Source of the DNA: a bacterium
GTDB taxonomy: Bacteria > Patescibacteriota > Minisyncoccia > Minisyncoccales > DAOVPY01
Assembly (NCBI GenBank): GCA_030596105.1
Contig: JAUVKU010000002.1
Span: forward strand, 1-47,039
Reading direction: 5' to 3'
DNA: 47,039 nucleotides
The number at the start of each line of letters is the position of its first letter. Within the stretch, counting starts at the first letter, position 1. Shown here piece after piece: positions 29,704 to 39,326 of the stretch. The translations under genes and the position numbers were made by a program. The notes below the pieces were generated by a model. It worked only from the letters and a program-made list of their open reading frames with translations, searched no databases and was not told the origin of the DNA.

Positions 29704-31425
29704 TTAATAATCTGGTTGAATATGATAACGACCAAGAATATATTCTGCTAATTTTTGAAAAATCGGCATAGCTGAATATTCGGCTGTTTTTGTTTTTGGA
29801 TTGCTCAACTTAACTAAAATCAAAAATTGCGAATTAAACGCTGGAGCAAATCCAATAAACGATTGTATTGTTTCTTCAGAATAACCTGCTTTAACTATTC
29901 CAGATTCAATAGCAGACCAAGCAACTTGAGCCGTACCCGTCTTCCCAGCAACAAGATATCCTGGAACTTTTGCTTTTTTACCAAAGCCATTTTCTACTAC
30001 ACTAACCAACATAGCTGTTAATTGTGAAGCGGTTTTAGAAGAGATTACATTTTCTGATATTGTTTCTGGTTGAGTTTCAATTATCTTGTCTTGTTGAATA
30101 ATTTTATCTACAACAAAGGGTTTAACCATTTTTCCACCATTAGCAATAGCGGAAAATGCCCTAATCAACTGAATCGGCGTCATTGCAATTCCTTGACCAA
30201 AAGAAGCGGTAGCAAAACTAATCTCATAACCCTTTCTAATCTCTCCATTTGAAGAAATAATTTCTCCGGGCAAATCAATACCTGTCTTTTCAAAAATTCC
30301 AAAACGCTTAATATAATCTAAAAAAATATTATGGCCTACTTGGCTTTCAACGAACACTGCACCTGTGTTTATAGACTTCTCCAAAACTTCTGTCATCGTT
30401 ATATCGCCCGGATATATCCTTTGCTCATAATTATAAATAGGCCACCTCCCAATATTCACCACACCAGGATCAATAAAAGTGCTTTGTGGCGTTAATTTCC
30501 CCTCATTAAGCGCAGGTGCCATGGTAATGGGCTTAAAAACCGAACCAGGCTCAAACACCTCTTGAGTGGCGCCGTTAAGAAATATTCTAAAATTATTACT
30601 CTCTTTAGAATATTCATTTGGATCAAAATTTGGAAAATTAGCCAAAGCAAGAATCCTGCCCGAATGAGGATTGGCAACTATGATTGTCCCGCCTTGAATA
30701 TCTAAATTATCACTTGCTTCTTTTAATAGTTTCTCAGCAAAATATTGGACATCGTAATCAATAGTTAAAATAATATCAGCTCCTTTTTTAATCTTATTTT
30801 TCTCTAAAAAAGAAAAAAACAAAGACCCTTGCGGACCTTTCTCTCCCTCCATTACGCCCTGCTTACCGCTCAAAACATCGTTCCACTGTTCTTCTAAACC
30901 ATATTGTCCGATATTATTCCCGCCTAAAAAACCAACGAGCTGTGAAGCAAAAAATTTCTGAGGATAATCACGACAAACCTCCTCTTCTAAATAAACTCCC
31001 GCCAAATCTGCTTTTTCTAAACTATCAATTTCTTGTTCGGTTAGCTTGCTCTTTAATCGTTCAAATAAATTATCTTTTTCTGTCTTTTCTAAAAGATATT
31101 CCTTGTCTAAATCAAGAATTTGACTAAGAGCTTCGGCTGTTTCTACTTTTTTATCAATTTTTCTTGGAGAAATATAAACATATTTTTTTTTAACATTTAT
31201 GGCCAATGCTTCTCCATTTTTAAAGAAAATTTCGCCTCTATCTCCCTTAACTTCAATAAAAAATTTTTGCTGTCCGTGAGCCAAAGCTCCATAATAATCA
31301 TGCCTAATAATTTGAAGAAAAAATAAACGCCCAACAATCACCATTCCAATAAGCACAATTAAAAATAGAACCAGATTATGTCTGCTCCTAAAAATAGCTT
31401 TTATATTATTTATTATCTGTTCCAT
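29704..31425 (-). CDS. ftsI: Class B penicillin-binding protein (FtsI-like)
   Basis: RGEI, EPGSVFK (SxxK), SIN (SxN), KTGTAQ; dcw position. Confidence 0.9.
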   Translation of the reverse strand: MEQIINNIKAIFRSRHNLVLFLIVLIGMVIVGRLFFLQIIRHDYYGALAHGQQKFFIEVKGDRGEIFFKNGEALAINVKKKYVYISPRKIDKKVETAEALSQILDLDKEYLLEKTEKDNLFERLKSKLTEQEIDSLEKADLAGVYLEEEVCRDYPQKFFASQLVGFLGGNNIGQYGLEEQWNDVLSGKQGVMEGEKGPQGSLFFSFLEKNKIKKGADIILTIDYDVQYFAEKLLKEASDNLDIQGGTIIVANPHSGRILALANFPNFDPNEYSKESNNFRIFLNGATQEVFEPGSVFKPITMAPALNEGKLTPQSTFIDPGVVNIGRWPIYNYEQRIYPGDITMTEVLEKSINTGAVFVESQVGHNIFLDYIKRFGIFEKTGIDLPGEIISSNGEIRKGYEISFATASFGQGIAMTPIQLIRAFSAIANGGKMVKPFVVDKIIQQDKIIETQPETISENVISSKTASQLTAMLVSVVENGFGKKAKVPGYLVAGKTGTAQVAWSAIESGIVKAGYSEETIQSFIGFAPAFNSQFLILVKLSNPKTKTAEYSAMPIFQKLAEYILGRYHIQPDY

Positions 31426-31531
31426 TGCTAATAAAAATACAAAACAATACCATCTCTACTGCAATAAATTTTAAAATCTCATTACTCGTATTAAAATCTG
31501 AACAGGCAAAAACACATTATTCCATATTTTT

Positions 31532-31867
31532 TTATTTTATCACAACTTCCTCTAAAATCCGAATGTACTGAACCCTCCCCTGTTTTTCAAAATTTAAATT
31601 TTGAACTAAACTTTTAATATTTCCTAAAGAGCTGACTTGCATAAAATTAATTTCTAAGTTTTGATTTTCATTCAAAAGCTCATTAATCCGCGCTTCATAA
31701 TTCTCAATCAGATAAGCACTCTCAGTCATTTCGTTAACTTGCACAATATAAAAACTCAAAAACATAATAACAGAAAAAACACAAATTTTAACAAAGCTAA
31801 TTCTAAAAAACCCCAACGGAAATAATTTAGTTTGAAAAGTTGTATTGGTTAAACTATATGCAGTCAT
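31532..31867 (-). CDS. FtsL-like cell division protein
   Basis: One TM helix plus coiled coil, between rsmH and ftsI. Confidence 0.65.
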   Translation of the reverse strand: MTAYSLTNTTFQTKLFPLGFFRISFVKICVFSVIMFLSFYIVQVNEMTESAYLIENYEARINELLNENQNLEINFMQVSSLGNIKSLVQNLNFEKQGRVQYIRILEEVVIK

Positions 31868-31868
31868 A

Positions 31869-32759
31869 TTATATTTTTATTGCAACCCTTAATTTAGCTG
31901 TCCTCGCGCGAGGATTTTCTTTTATTTCTTCAAAACTAGACTGAATTGGCTTTTTTGTTAAAATTTTAACTAAACCTTGTTTTGCTTTTTCTCTAAAAAG
32001 ATTTTTAACAATCCTGTCTTCTCCTGAATGAAAAGAAATCACTGCCACTCTCCCTCCTGATTCTAAAACATCTATCGCTTGCGGAAGAACAATTTTTAAA
32101 TTTTCTAATTCATTATTTACCGCAATTCTTATTGCTTGAAATGTTCGCGTTGCAAAATGAGATTTTCCAAATTTATATGTCTTTGGAAACGCCCTCCTAA
32201 TTACTTCTATTAATTCAAATGTTGTTTTAATTAGTTTTACTTTCCGTGTTTCCACTATCTTCATAGCTATTCTTTTTGAAAATCTTTCGTCTCCATATTC
32301 TTTTAAAATTCTTTCAATATCTTCCCCCTTCCAATTATTAATAACCTCTTCAGCTGTCACAAGCTGACCAGAACCTAATCGCATATCCAATGGCTCATCT
32401 TTCTGAAAAGTCAAACCTTTCCCCGATTCATCTATGTGCCAAGATGAATATCCTAAATCAAATAGAATACCATTTATTGATTTAAAATTATTTTCTTCAA
32501 CGATTTTTTTTAAATTTACAAAACAATCCCGTATTAAAATTATTCTATCCCCCAACTTATAATCTTTAATTCTGGGTTCAAGCCTTTCAATCATTTCAGC
32601 GCCCCAATCAATTCCTAAAATTTTTCCGTCTGGTTTTGTTTTTTCTAAAATCGCCAAACTATGACCTGCCTCTCCCAAAGTCGCATCAACAAAGTTTTCA
32701 TTTGGCTTTGGATCTAAATATTCTAAAACCTCTTTTTTAAGAACTGGAATATGTGCCAT
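31869..32759 (-). CDS. rsmH: 16S rRNA m4C1402 methyltransferase
   Basis: HIPVL, DATLGEAGHS, DLGYSS, PLDMR, FQAIRIAVN, NPRARTAKLR. Confidence 0.96.
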   Translation of the reverse strand: MAHIPVLKKEVLEYLDPKPNENFVDATLGEAGHSLAILEKTKPDGKILGIDWGAEMIERLEPRIKDYKLGDRIILIRDCFVNLKKIVEENNFKSINGILFDLGYSSWHIDESGKGLTFQKDEPLDMRLGSGQLVTAEEVINNWKGEDIERILKEYGDERFSKRIAMKIVETRKVKLIKTTFELIEVIRRAFPKTYKFGKSHFATRTFQAIRIAVNNELENLKIVLPQAIDVLESGGRVAVISFHSGEDRIVKNLFREKAKQGLVKILTKKPIQSSFEEIKENPRARTAKLRVAIKI

Positions 32760-32763
32760 ATAT

Positions 32764-33195
32764 TTAAACTCCAAGATCTCCCCATCGTTCAGCCATATCT
32801 TCTATCCCGCCTTCCATTTTCTTTTTATATTCTTTCCATTTTTTCTCATCCCAAATTTCAACTCTGTCATATACGCCTGCTACAACAACCTTTTTCTTTA
32901 AACCACCATATTCCTTTAAATAGTCAGGAATCAAAATCCTTCCCAAACTATCTATATTAACTTCCATTGCTCCGCCAAGCATCAATCTGGCAAATCCCCT
33001 TGCGTCTGATTTAGCAAAAGAAGGTTCTCCTAATTTTTCAGCCAATCCATTAAAATCTTTTTCAGGATAAAGAAAAAGACAATTGTCCAATCCTCTAGTA
33101 ACAAACGCCTTTTTACCCAAAAGCTTCCGAAAATTGTTCGGAAGACTTAATCGTTTTTTATCATCTATTGAATATGTGTATTCTCCTATAAACAT
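32764..33195 (-). CDS. mraZ: Division/cell-wall cluster transcriptional regulator MraZ
   Basis: MFIGEY..IDDKKR, DSLGRILIP, RVEIWD. Confidence 0.96.
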   Translation of the reverse strand: MFIGEYTYSIDDKKRLSLPNNFRKLLGKKAFVTRGLDNCLFLYPEKDFNGLAEKLGEPSFAKSDARGFARLMLGGAMEVNIDSLGRILIPDYLKEYGGLKKKVVVAGVYDRVEIWDEKKWKEYKKKMEGGIEDMAERWGDLGV

Positions 33196-33221
33196 ACAAA
33201 AACTGATTTTAAAATATTATA

Positions 33222-33331
33222 AGTTATCCCCAGAAGCTTGAGTTATCCCCACATTTTTCCACAGCTTCCCACTACACTTACTTTATACTCCACTTCCAAA
33301 CCCCAGTCAACCCCGAGTTTTCCACAACCAC
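33222..33331 (-). promoter_or_regulatory. mraZ promoter with MraZ-type GTGG repeats
   Basis: TTGACT(33310-33305)-17-TATAAA(33287-33282); CCAC at 33249, 33259, 33269 with exact 10-bp period. Confidence 0.75.
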
Positions 33332-33360
33332 AAAAAAGGACGAAAAACATAGGATAAAAT

Positions 33361-33381
33361 AAAAAAGGAGACAAGCTCCTT
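33361..33381 (-). terminator. Terminator for the 147-aa gene
   Basis: aaggag-acaag-ctcctt stem with adjacent A run. Confidence 0.55.
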
Positions 33382-33406
33382 ATAAATTTATTTTTATTTT
33401 GGTATC

Positions 33407-33850
33407 TTAGTGACTCCCCCACGCTTTTAAATTCACAAGCACAAGGTCTTCATGTCTAGGTCCTATGAGAACCAAATAAACATCTTCTGTGTCTTCTTGT
33501 CTATACCCGATTGTAATCGGACTATCTTCTGTAGACTCATCAAGGTCTTCCGCGAAATAATATGCTACATATTCAAGCGTATAATTAATTCCGCTGTCTG
33601 TCGTGGCTGTCACTGATCCAATTGTTATAATATCCCCTTCCTCTCTGGAATAGCTTCTCTGGAATTTTTCTGGAACACTATCAAGTTCAACCAATTCGGC
33701 TGATACTACGACCATACTAACTGTTACTGTTACTTTTCCTGTTTCACTTGTTTCATCTACTCCGCACTCAAAATACTTAACGCCACCTACCAGAACCAAA
33801 ATAATGACAATTAAACTCAATGCCCCTATTATCTTTTTCATTTTCATCAT
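33407..33850 (-). CDS. Hypothetical exported acidic protein
   Basis: N-terminal signal/TM segment; own promoter and terminator. Confidence 0.7.
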   Translation of the reverse strand: MMKMKKIIGALSLIVIILVLVGGVKYFECGVDETSETGKVTVTVSMVVVSAELVELDSVPEKFQRSYSREEGDIITIGSVTATTDSGINYTLEYVAYYFAEDLDESTEDSPITIGYRQEDTEDVYLVLIGPRHEDLVLVNLKAWGSH

Positions 33851-33861
33851 CTTCCGCTTAT

Positions 33862-33889
33862 ATTATATCATTCTATCCAAATTTGTCAA
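33862..33889 (-). promoter_or_regulatory. sigma70-type promoter
   Basis: TTGACA-16 nt-TATAAT with TG extension. Confidence 0.7.
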
Positions 33890-33929
33890 GCCAAATATCA
33901 AACCACGCAATTTTTGATTACTATTTTCC

Positions 33930-33956
33930 AAAAAAAAAGCGTCAATTAGACGCTTT
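33930..33956 (-). terminator. Terminator after the 58-aa small ORF
   Basis: aaagcgtc-aatta-gacgcttt with long A run (U tail on minus strand). Confidence 0.7.
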
Positions 33957-33978
33957 CTTAATATTCTTTAGGACTTGA

Positions 33979-34155
33979 TTATCTTAAATACTCTACCAAT
34001 CTTCTTGCCTCTAACAAAGACATCGAACCATACCAATCCCCTCCAGCGCGATCCACCCTGTCCAATTCCTCTCTAAGCGCATGAACCAACACATGCTTTT
34101 CGCCCTCTGTCAAAGCAACAAGAGAATAATCCTCAGTAATTTTTCTTTCTGGCAT
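33979..34155 (-). CDS. Small 58-aa hypothetical protein (below the ORF-track cutoff)
   Basis: Hand translation MPERKITEDYSLVALTEGEKHVLVHALREELDRVDRAGGDWYGSMSLLEARRLVEYLR*; promoter upstream, terminator downstream. Confidence 0.65.
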   Translation of the reverse strand: MPERKITEDYSLVALTEGEKHVLVHALREELDRVDRAGGDWYGSMSLLEARRLVEYLR

Positions 34156-34174
34156 TTTTCTTTCTTCTATTTTT

Positions 34175-34203
34175 AATATACCTTAAAAATAGAAAATTGT
34201 CAA
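34175..34203 (-). promoter_or_regulatory. sigma70-type promoter for the 58-aa ORF
   Basis: TTGACA-17 nt-TATATT. Confidence 0.65.
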
Positions 34204-34220
34204 ATCTTTTTTACAAATTT

Positions 34221-34247
34221 AAAATAGCGTCCAATGAACGCTATTTT
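34221..34247 (-). terminator. Terminator after the Clp ATPase gene
   Basis: aaaatagcgt-ccaatga-acgctatttt. Confidence 0.75.
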
Positions 34248-34269
34248 AATAAAATTTTAAAAATTATAA

Positions 34270-36837
34270 CTATTTAATTTTCAGCTTAAATTTTTCATCA
34301 GTTGGCTCTATCTCTACCGTATCTCCTCCCTTCAATTCATCTCTTAAAAGCGCTTGAGCCAAAACATTTTCCACCTTATCTTGAATAACACGCTTCATAT
34401 TTCTAGCACCAAAAGTAGGATTATATCCAAGCTCAACAACTTTTTCTTTTAATGCCCTTGTTATTATAAATTCTATATCCTTTTCTTTAAGTCCCTTTTT
34501 AAGCTTTCTAAACATAAACTCTGATATCTTTAAAAGGTTTTCTTTATTTAACGGTTGAAAAACTACCATAGCATCAAATCTATTGATAAATTCTGGTCTA
34601 AATATTGCTCTTTCAAATATCCTATCTAACAATTTTTGCTTTACAAGCGCCCATTCTGTTTTTTGGTCTAATGCGTCTAAAATAACTTTATAGCCAGCAT
34701 TAGAGGTAGCGATAATCATTGTATTCAAAAAACTCACTTTTCTACCAAAGCCATCAGTCAAATGTCCCTCATCTAAAACTTGTAAAAATATATTTAAAAT
34801 ATTGGGATGCGCTTTTTCAATTTCATCTAAAAGAATTAAAGAAAATGGATTTTCCCGAACTTGCGTTGTTAAAAGTCCCTCATGCTCTGCCGAGCCAATC
34901 AACCTAGAAATTTCTTTAATCTCTTGAAATTCCGACATGTCTATTCTTATCATTCTCTCCTCTGATTTAAAATAAATCTCAGCCAGCGCTTTTGCTGTTT
35001 CAGTTTTTCCAACACCACTGGGACCTAAAAACAAGAAACAACCCATTGGTCCCTTTTTCTTGCTCACCTCTGCTCGTGCCCTTCTCAACGCAGTAGAGAC
35101 CTCATTAATTGCTTCGTTTTGATTAACAATTCTTCTATGAATTAAATTTTCTAAATTTAAAAGCGTGTCTTTTTCTTCTTCTTCTATTTCGCCAACAGGA
35201 ATTTCTATTTTTTCAGAAACAACCCTTGCAACATGTTTGGGCAATAATATATTATCCTTAGTTGAGCGAGATGCATAAACCATTGCTTCGTCAAGCAAAT
35301 CAATCGCTTTCTTTGGAAACGGTTTAGACAACATATAACGATCAGAATACACAAAAACATCTCTAATCGCCGGATAACTAATCATTATATTGTGTTTCGC
35401 TTCTAATTCTAAAGCTAAATTTTCCAAAAGCATTATTGTTTCTTCTCGCGAAACTTCTGAAACTTCCACTTTTCTAAAAAAAGTAAGAATTGAAGGATTT
35501 TTTTCAATATTTTTATGAAGCCCAACATAGTTTGTGGTCGCTATAACTTGAAATTGCGGAAATTTTAAATACGAAGAAAGAATTGCAGAAATATCAACAA
35601 CGCCCATCTTTGCCGTTGATCCAACAAAATTATGGAATTTACTAATAACCAAAATGATATTTCCAGCAGAAACAACCTCTTGAAAAATTCTATCCAAAAT
35701 AGCTTCTGTCTCTTCTGCATCCTCAACTCGCGCCAATAAAGATGACATATTGAGCTCAATAATTCTTTTATTATTAAGTTCGCCCGAACCAATTCCTAAA
35801 AAACTTTTTTGCGCTATAGAATAAAGAATATTTTTTATACCAACACCAACCCGACCAACCAACAACACGCTATTAAGCCCTGAATGAGATAATGCCCTTT
35901 CAACAGACCTAATTACATCTTTGTGTCCAATAATTTCCCTAAATCCCATTCTTCTTATCTCGTCAGTTATATCAGTAGAATATTTATCTAAAGTCACCCT
36001 ATAACCCGAAGCCCATTCTTTTCCTACGCTTCCCCCTTTCAACAAATTTTTATATTTCCACCAATCCTTTGTTTCTTGAATTCTCTTTTCTAATGATTCT
36101 TGCCACCAAACTAAATTCTTAATATCATCTGTTTTTAATTTTGCGTCTATCAAAATCTGTTTAAAAATAGGGTCGCGCTGTGCTACGGCCATAAGAATAT
36201 CGCCTATCACCACCCTGTCCCGATTTTTTTCAAAAGCAATTTGCATTGAAGATAAAATTATTTCTTGAAAATCTTGCGCATAAAAATCCTCTTTATCTTT
36301 TTTTTCTAAATTTTTTATATTTTCCTCTAAATTTTTTTTAATTTTTTTAGTATCCAAAATAGCTCTACCAAATACAAAATTCAATTTTGGATTTTGCGTC
36401 AAAAGATGATAAAACAAAACAGAAGAATTAATCTGTTTATTCTTTTTGGAACGCACAAATTTAATCGCTTTAAAAATAGTTTTTGCGGAATTAAAATCTA
36501 AAAGCTCAGCTAAATTATATTTTTCTGGGGCAGTAATCGCATCTAATATTTTTATTTTAATCTTGGGATTTTTAAGCTTTAAATCAAAAAATACTTTTTT
36601 CCATAAAGATGACACAGACAATGTTAAACAAATTACTGATGTGCCTAAAAGAATTGAGGAAATTTCTAAAGAAAAAAAATAAAACAAAAAATCAAACAAA
36701 AAATCAAACAAAAATAATAAAAAAAGAACGATAAATAAAAACTTGAATATGCGCCTAAAAAACCCTATCGATTTAAAAATAGATTCTAATTTTATAGCGC
36801 TATAAATCTCTGCCTGTTTTATATCAAAATTAAACAT
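34270..36837 (-). CDS. Membrane-anchored ClpA/B/C-family AAA+ ATPase
   Basis: Two N-terminal TM helices, Clp-N-like repeats, degenerate D1, intact D2 (GPSGVGKT, LLDEIEKAH, RPEFINR, FGARNMKR). Confidence 0.85.
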   Translation of the reverse strand: MFNFDIKQAEIYSAIKLESIFKSIGFFRRIFKFLFIVLFLLFLFDFLFDFLFYFFSLEISSILLGTSVICLTLSVSSLWKKVFFDLKLKNPKIKIKILDAITAPEKYNLAELLDFNSAKTIFKAIKFVRSKKNKQINSSVLFYHLLTQNPKLNFVFGRAILDTKKIKKNLEENIKNLEKKDKEDFYAQDFQEIILSSMQIAFEKNRDRVVIGDILMAVAQRDPIFKQILIDAKLKTDDIKNLVWWQESLEKRIQETKDWWKYKNLLKGGSVGKEWASGYRVTLDKYSTDITDEIRRMGFREIIGHKDVIRSVERALSHSGLNSVLLVGRVGVGIKNILYSIAQKSFLGIGSGELNNKRIIELNMSSLLARVEDAEETEAILDRIFQEVVSAGNIILVISKFHNFVGSTAKMGVVDISAILSSYLKFPQFQVIATTNYVGLHKNIEKNPSILTFFRKVEVSEVSREETIMLLENLALELEAKHNIMISYPAIRDVFVYSDRYMLSKPFPKKAIDLLDEAMVYASRSTKDNILLPKHVARVVSEKIEIPVGEIEEEEKDTLLNLENLIHRRIVNQNEAINEVSTALRRARAEVSKKKGPMGCFLFLGPSGVGKTETAKALAEIYFKSEERMIRIDMSEFQEIKEISRLIGSAEHEGLLTTQVRENPFSLILLDEIEKAHPNILNIFLQVLDEGHLTDGFGRKVSFLNTMIIATSNAGYKVILDALDQKTEWALVKQKLLDRIFERAIFRPEFINRFDAMVVFQPLNKENLLKISEFMFRKLKKGLKEKDIEFIITRALKEKVVELGYNPTFGARNMKRVIQDKVENVLAQALLRDELKGGDTVEIEPTDEKFKLKIK

Positions 36838-36884
36838 CAAATTAACTTCATTAACAAATTAATTAAACGAGACAAATTAAAATT

Positions 36885-37268
36885 TTAAAATATAATTTTT
36901 AAACCAGCCCATAACCCAAACAAAAACAATGCTGGAAGAATTATCCATATTAACAATACCGACAAACCAGCCACAAATATAAAAATTTGAACAACCAAAC
37001 CAACAATTATTAAAATAGTTCTCATTATCATTCCCACACCTCGCGCGACCAAATTAAAACCAAATGCCTCAAACCATTTTTGAAAATCAAATCCTTTACC
37101 ATAAGATTCAGAATGCCTTCTCCACGGAGAAAAGAATGTTTGAATAAGCAATGGAATAGAAAAATAATTCAAATTAAATTTTAAAAAATTTTTCCATACT
37201 TTTAGAATATGCACGGGCATTTCAAAAAAATGCCACCCAATAAATTGAATTAAAATGATTTTCTTCAT
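36885..37268 (-). CDS. Small membrane protein upstream of the Clp ATPase
   Basis: 127 aa from ATG 37268; FSIPLLIQTFFSPWRR motif and hydrophobic C-terminus. Confidence 0.75.
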   Translation of the reverse strand: MKKIILIQFIGWHFFEMPVHILKVWKNFLKFNLNYFSIPLLIQTFFSPWRRHSESYGKGFDFQKWFEAFGFNLVARGVGMIMRTILIIVGLVVQIFIFVAGLSVLLIWIILPALFLFGLWAGLKIIF

Positions 37269-37273
37269 ATTTA

Positions 37274-37367
37274 TGAGAATGTAAAACAATATTCTTTCTA
37301 CTACGATTTCCAAAATTTGACCAAATTTTAAAAATCTCGCTACAAAATATATTATTCTCCACTCTCA
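37274..37367 (-). repeat. Long-hairpin element, copy 2 (internally shortened)
   Basis: Both ends align to the reverse complement of the ends of 6065-6225. Confidence 0.65.
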
Positions 37368-37371
37368 CCAT

Positions 37372-37400
37372 ATTATAACCTGAATTATAAAATACGACAA
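37372..37400 (-). promoter_or_regulatory. sigma70-type promoter for the membrane protein-Clp operon
   Basis: TTGTCG-17 nt-TATAAT on the minus strand. Confidence 0.55.
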
Positions 37401-37437
37401 AACAAAAATATAAAAATGTAGCGAATATTGTTAAATT

Positions 37438-39324
37438 TTATTTATCTTCATTCTTCTGATTAATTTCATCTTCCTTCTTGCTTTCGTCCCCATCCTTACT
37501 TTCGTCCTTTTGATTAGCTTTATTGTTTTCTTTAATCTCATCGTTCATATTACCAATAGCTCCACCTTGAAGTTCGTTTATTTTAGAAGAACGGATATTC
37601 GCTTTTTGCATTAAAGAATCAACTTCTTCAAAATTATTTTCCTGTTCAGCTTTTTTTATTGCCAAATAAATTTGATTTAAATCTTTCTTTTCTTCCATAA
37701 GCTCTATTTCCTTAAAACATATTTGAATTTCCTCTTCTGGACTCATATCTTCATTTTTTTTATCTTTACCATCAATTTCTTTTTCTATTTCAACCTCAAA
37801 ACAAAGATGATTTATAAAATCTTTCAATTCTTTTGAAATAGCTTCTTTTTCTAAAAAATCGGGATCTTTCTTTAAGTTATTTAAAATTTCTCGTGTTTGA
37901 TCTGAAAAATAAGAAAAATATTTTTGATCCAACAAAGAAACATTTTTTGATATTTTAAAAGCTAATGCGATAATTCTTTCTTCTAATTTTTGCTTCCTAT
38001 CTTTTCTGTCTTCTTGTTTTAACTCACCCACAACCGAAGCAGTAGAATATTTTATCTTGTCGCCATTTTTAAGCTCTTCTTCAACAATCTCTTCTTTTAT
38101 TTCTATTCCATTAGCAAGTCTCTGAACCCAATACGCTCGTTCAATTTTATTCGAAATTCTGTTAATAACAGGCCTAAGAATTTCAAGAATTTCTTTTTTG
38201 TGTTCAGGGTTTTTTGAATCAAAAGAATTAAAAACTGTATCAAAATAAAACTCTACAATAGGCTTGGTATTTTCTATCATTTTTTTCCATTCATCTGGAT
38301 TTTTCGCAACTACATCTGCTGGATCTAAATCTTCTGGCATTTCAATAACCCTTATATTAAACCCCTGTGTTTGCGCCAAATCAATACCCCTTTTTGCTGC
38401 GGAATTTCCAGCTGAATCCATATCAAAACCTATAATCAAAGAACGCCCTCTTAATAAAGATAATTGATGAAGCGTTAAAGCTGTACCAGAAGTAGCCACT
38501 ACATTCTCAACGCCTGCTTGATGAGACATAATAACATCTGTTTGTCCTTCTACTAAAATACATTTATTCTGTTTTCTTATCGCTTGTTGCGCCTTATCTA
38601 ACCCATAAAAAATCTTGCTCTTGTCATATAAAAGAGTGGTCGGCGTATTAACATATTTTGCGGGATCTTCTTTTTGAAATATCCTGCCAGTAAAACCAAC
38701 TATGCGAGAACTTCTGTCAGAAAGAGGAAACATAATTCTCCCCCTAAATCTATCAAAATATTTTCCTCCAGAAGAGCTTATTCCTAAGCCAGCTGTTTCT
38801 ATTTCCTGACGATTATATCCCCTGCCAACAAGAAAATCAGACAAACCCTGCCACTTATCAGGAGCATATCCTATTTGCCATTTTTTAATACTTTGCTCTT
38901 GTATTCCCCTTTTCAAAAGATATTGCTTTGCTTCCTGCCCGACATTTCCATGCTCAAGTTGCTTTTGGAAAAATTCAGATGCAATTTCGCAAATTTCATA
39001 ACCCTGTTCTTTTTCTGTTCTTATTTTCGGATCCTGCTTTTTTAATTCCACACCAGCCTTTCCTGCCAAAATACGCAAAGCTTCCACAAATTCCACCCCC
39101 TCATATTTCATTACAAATTTAAACATATCTCCACCCTCGCCACACGAACCAAAACAATGCCAAATCTGACGACTTGGCGAAACAAAAAAAGAAGCAGTTT
39201 TTTCAGAATGAAAAGGGCAAGGAGCCCTAAAATTAGCTCCTGCTTTTTCTAATTTAATATAGTCCTTAATAATATCTACAATATCTAACCGATTTTTAAT
39301 TTCATCAACAGACGAATTTATCAT
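37438..39324 (-). CDS. dnaG: DNA primase
   Basis: CPFH..CFGSC zinc finger, DRFRGRIMFP, KYVNT, TOPRIM VEGQTD and FDMDSAG, DPAD. Confidence 0.96.
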   Translation of the reverse strand: MINSSVDEIKNRLDIVDIIKDYIKLEKAGANFRAPCPFHSEKTASFFVSPSRQIWHCFGSCGEGGDMFKFVMKYEGVEFVEALRILAGKAGVELKKQDPKIRTEKEQGYEICEIASEFFQKQLEHGNVGQEAKQYLLKRGIQEQSIKKWQIGYAPDKWQGLSDFLVGRGYNRQEIETAGLGISSSGGKYFDRFRGRIMFPLSDRSSRIVGFTGRIFQKEDPAKYVNTPTTLLYDKSKIFYGLDKAQQAIRKQNKCILVEGQTDVIMSHQAGVENVVATSGTALTLHQLSLLRGRSLIIGFDMDSAGNSAAKRGIDLAQTQGFNIRVIEMPEDLDPADVVAKNPDEWKKMIENTKPIVEFYFDTVFNSFDSKNPEHKKEILEILRPVINRISNKIERAYWVQRLANGIEIKEEIVEEELKNGDKIKYSTASVVGELKQEDRKDRKQKLEERIIALAFKISKNVSLLDQKYFSYFSDQTREILNNLKKDPDFLEKEAISKELKDFINHLCFEVEIEKEIDGKDKKNEDMSPEEEIQICFKEIELMEEKKDLNQIYLAIKKAEQENNFEEVDSLMQKANIRSSKINELQGGAIGNMNDEIKENNKANQKDESKDGDESKKEDEINQKNEDK

Positions 39325-39326
39325 TT

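Noticed and set aside
33222-33331. DnaA-box cluster / oriC (ttatcccca, ttttccaca)
   Set aside because: The 10-bp-period GTGG repeats directly upstream of mraZ are better explained as MraZ operator sites; there is no dnaA/dnaN or strand switch here
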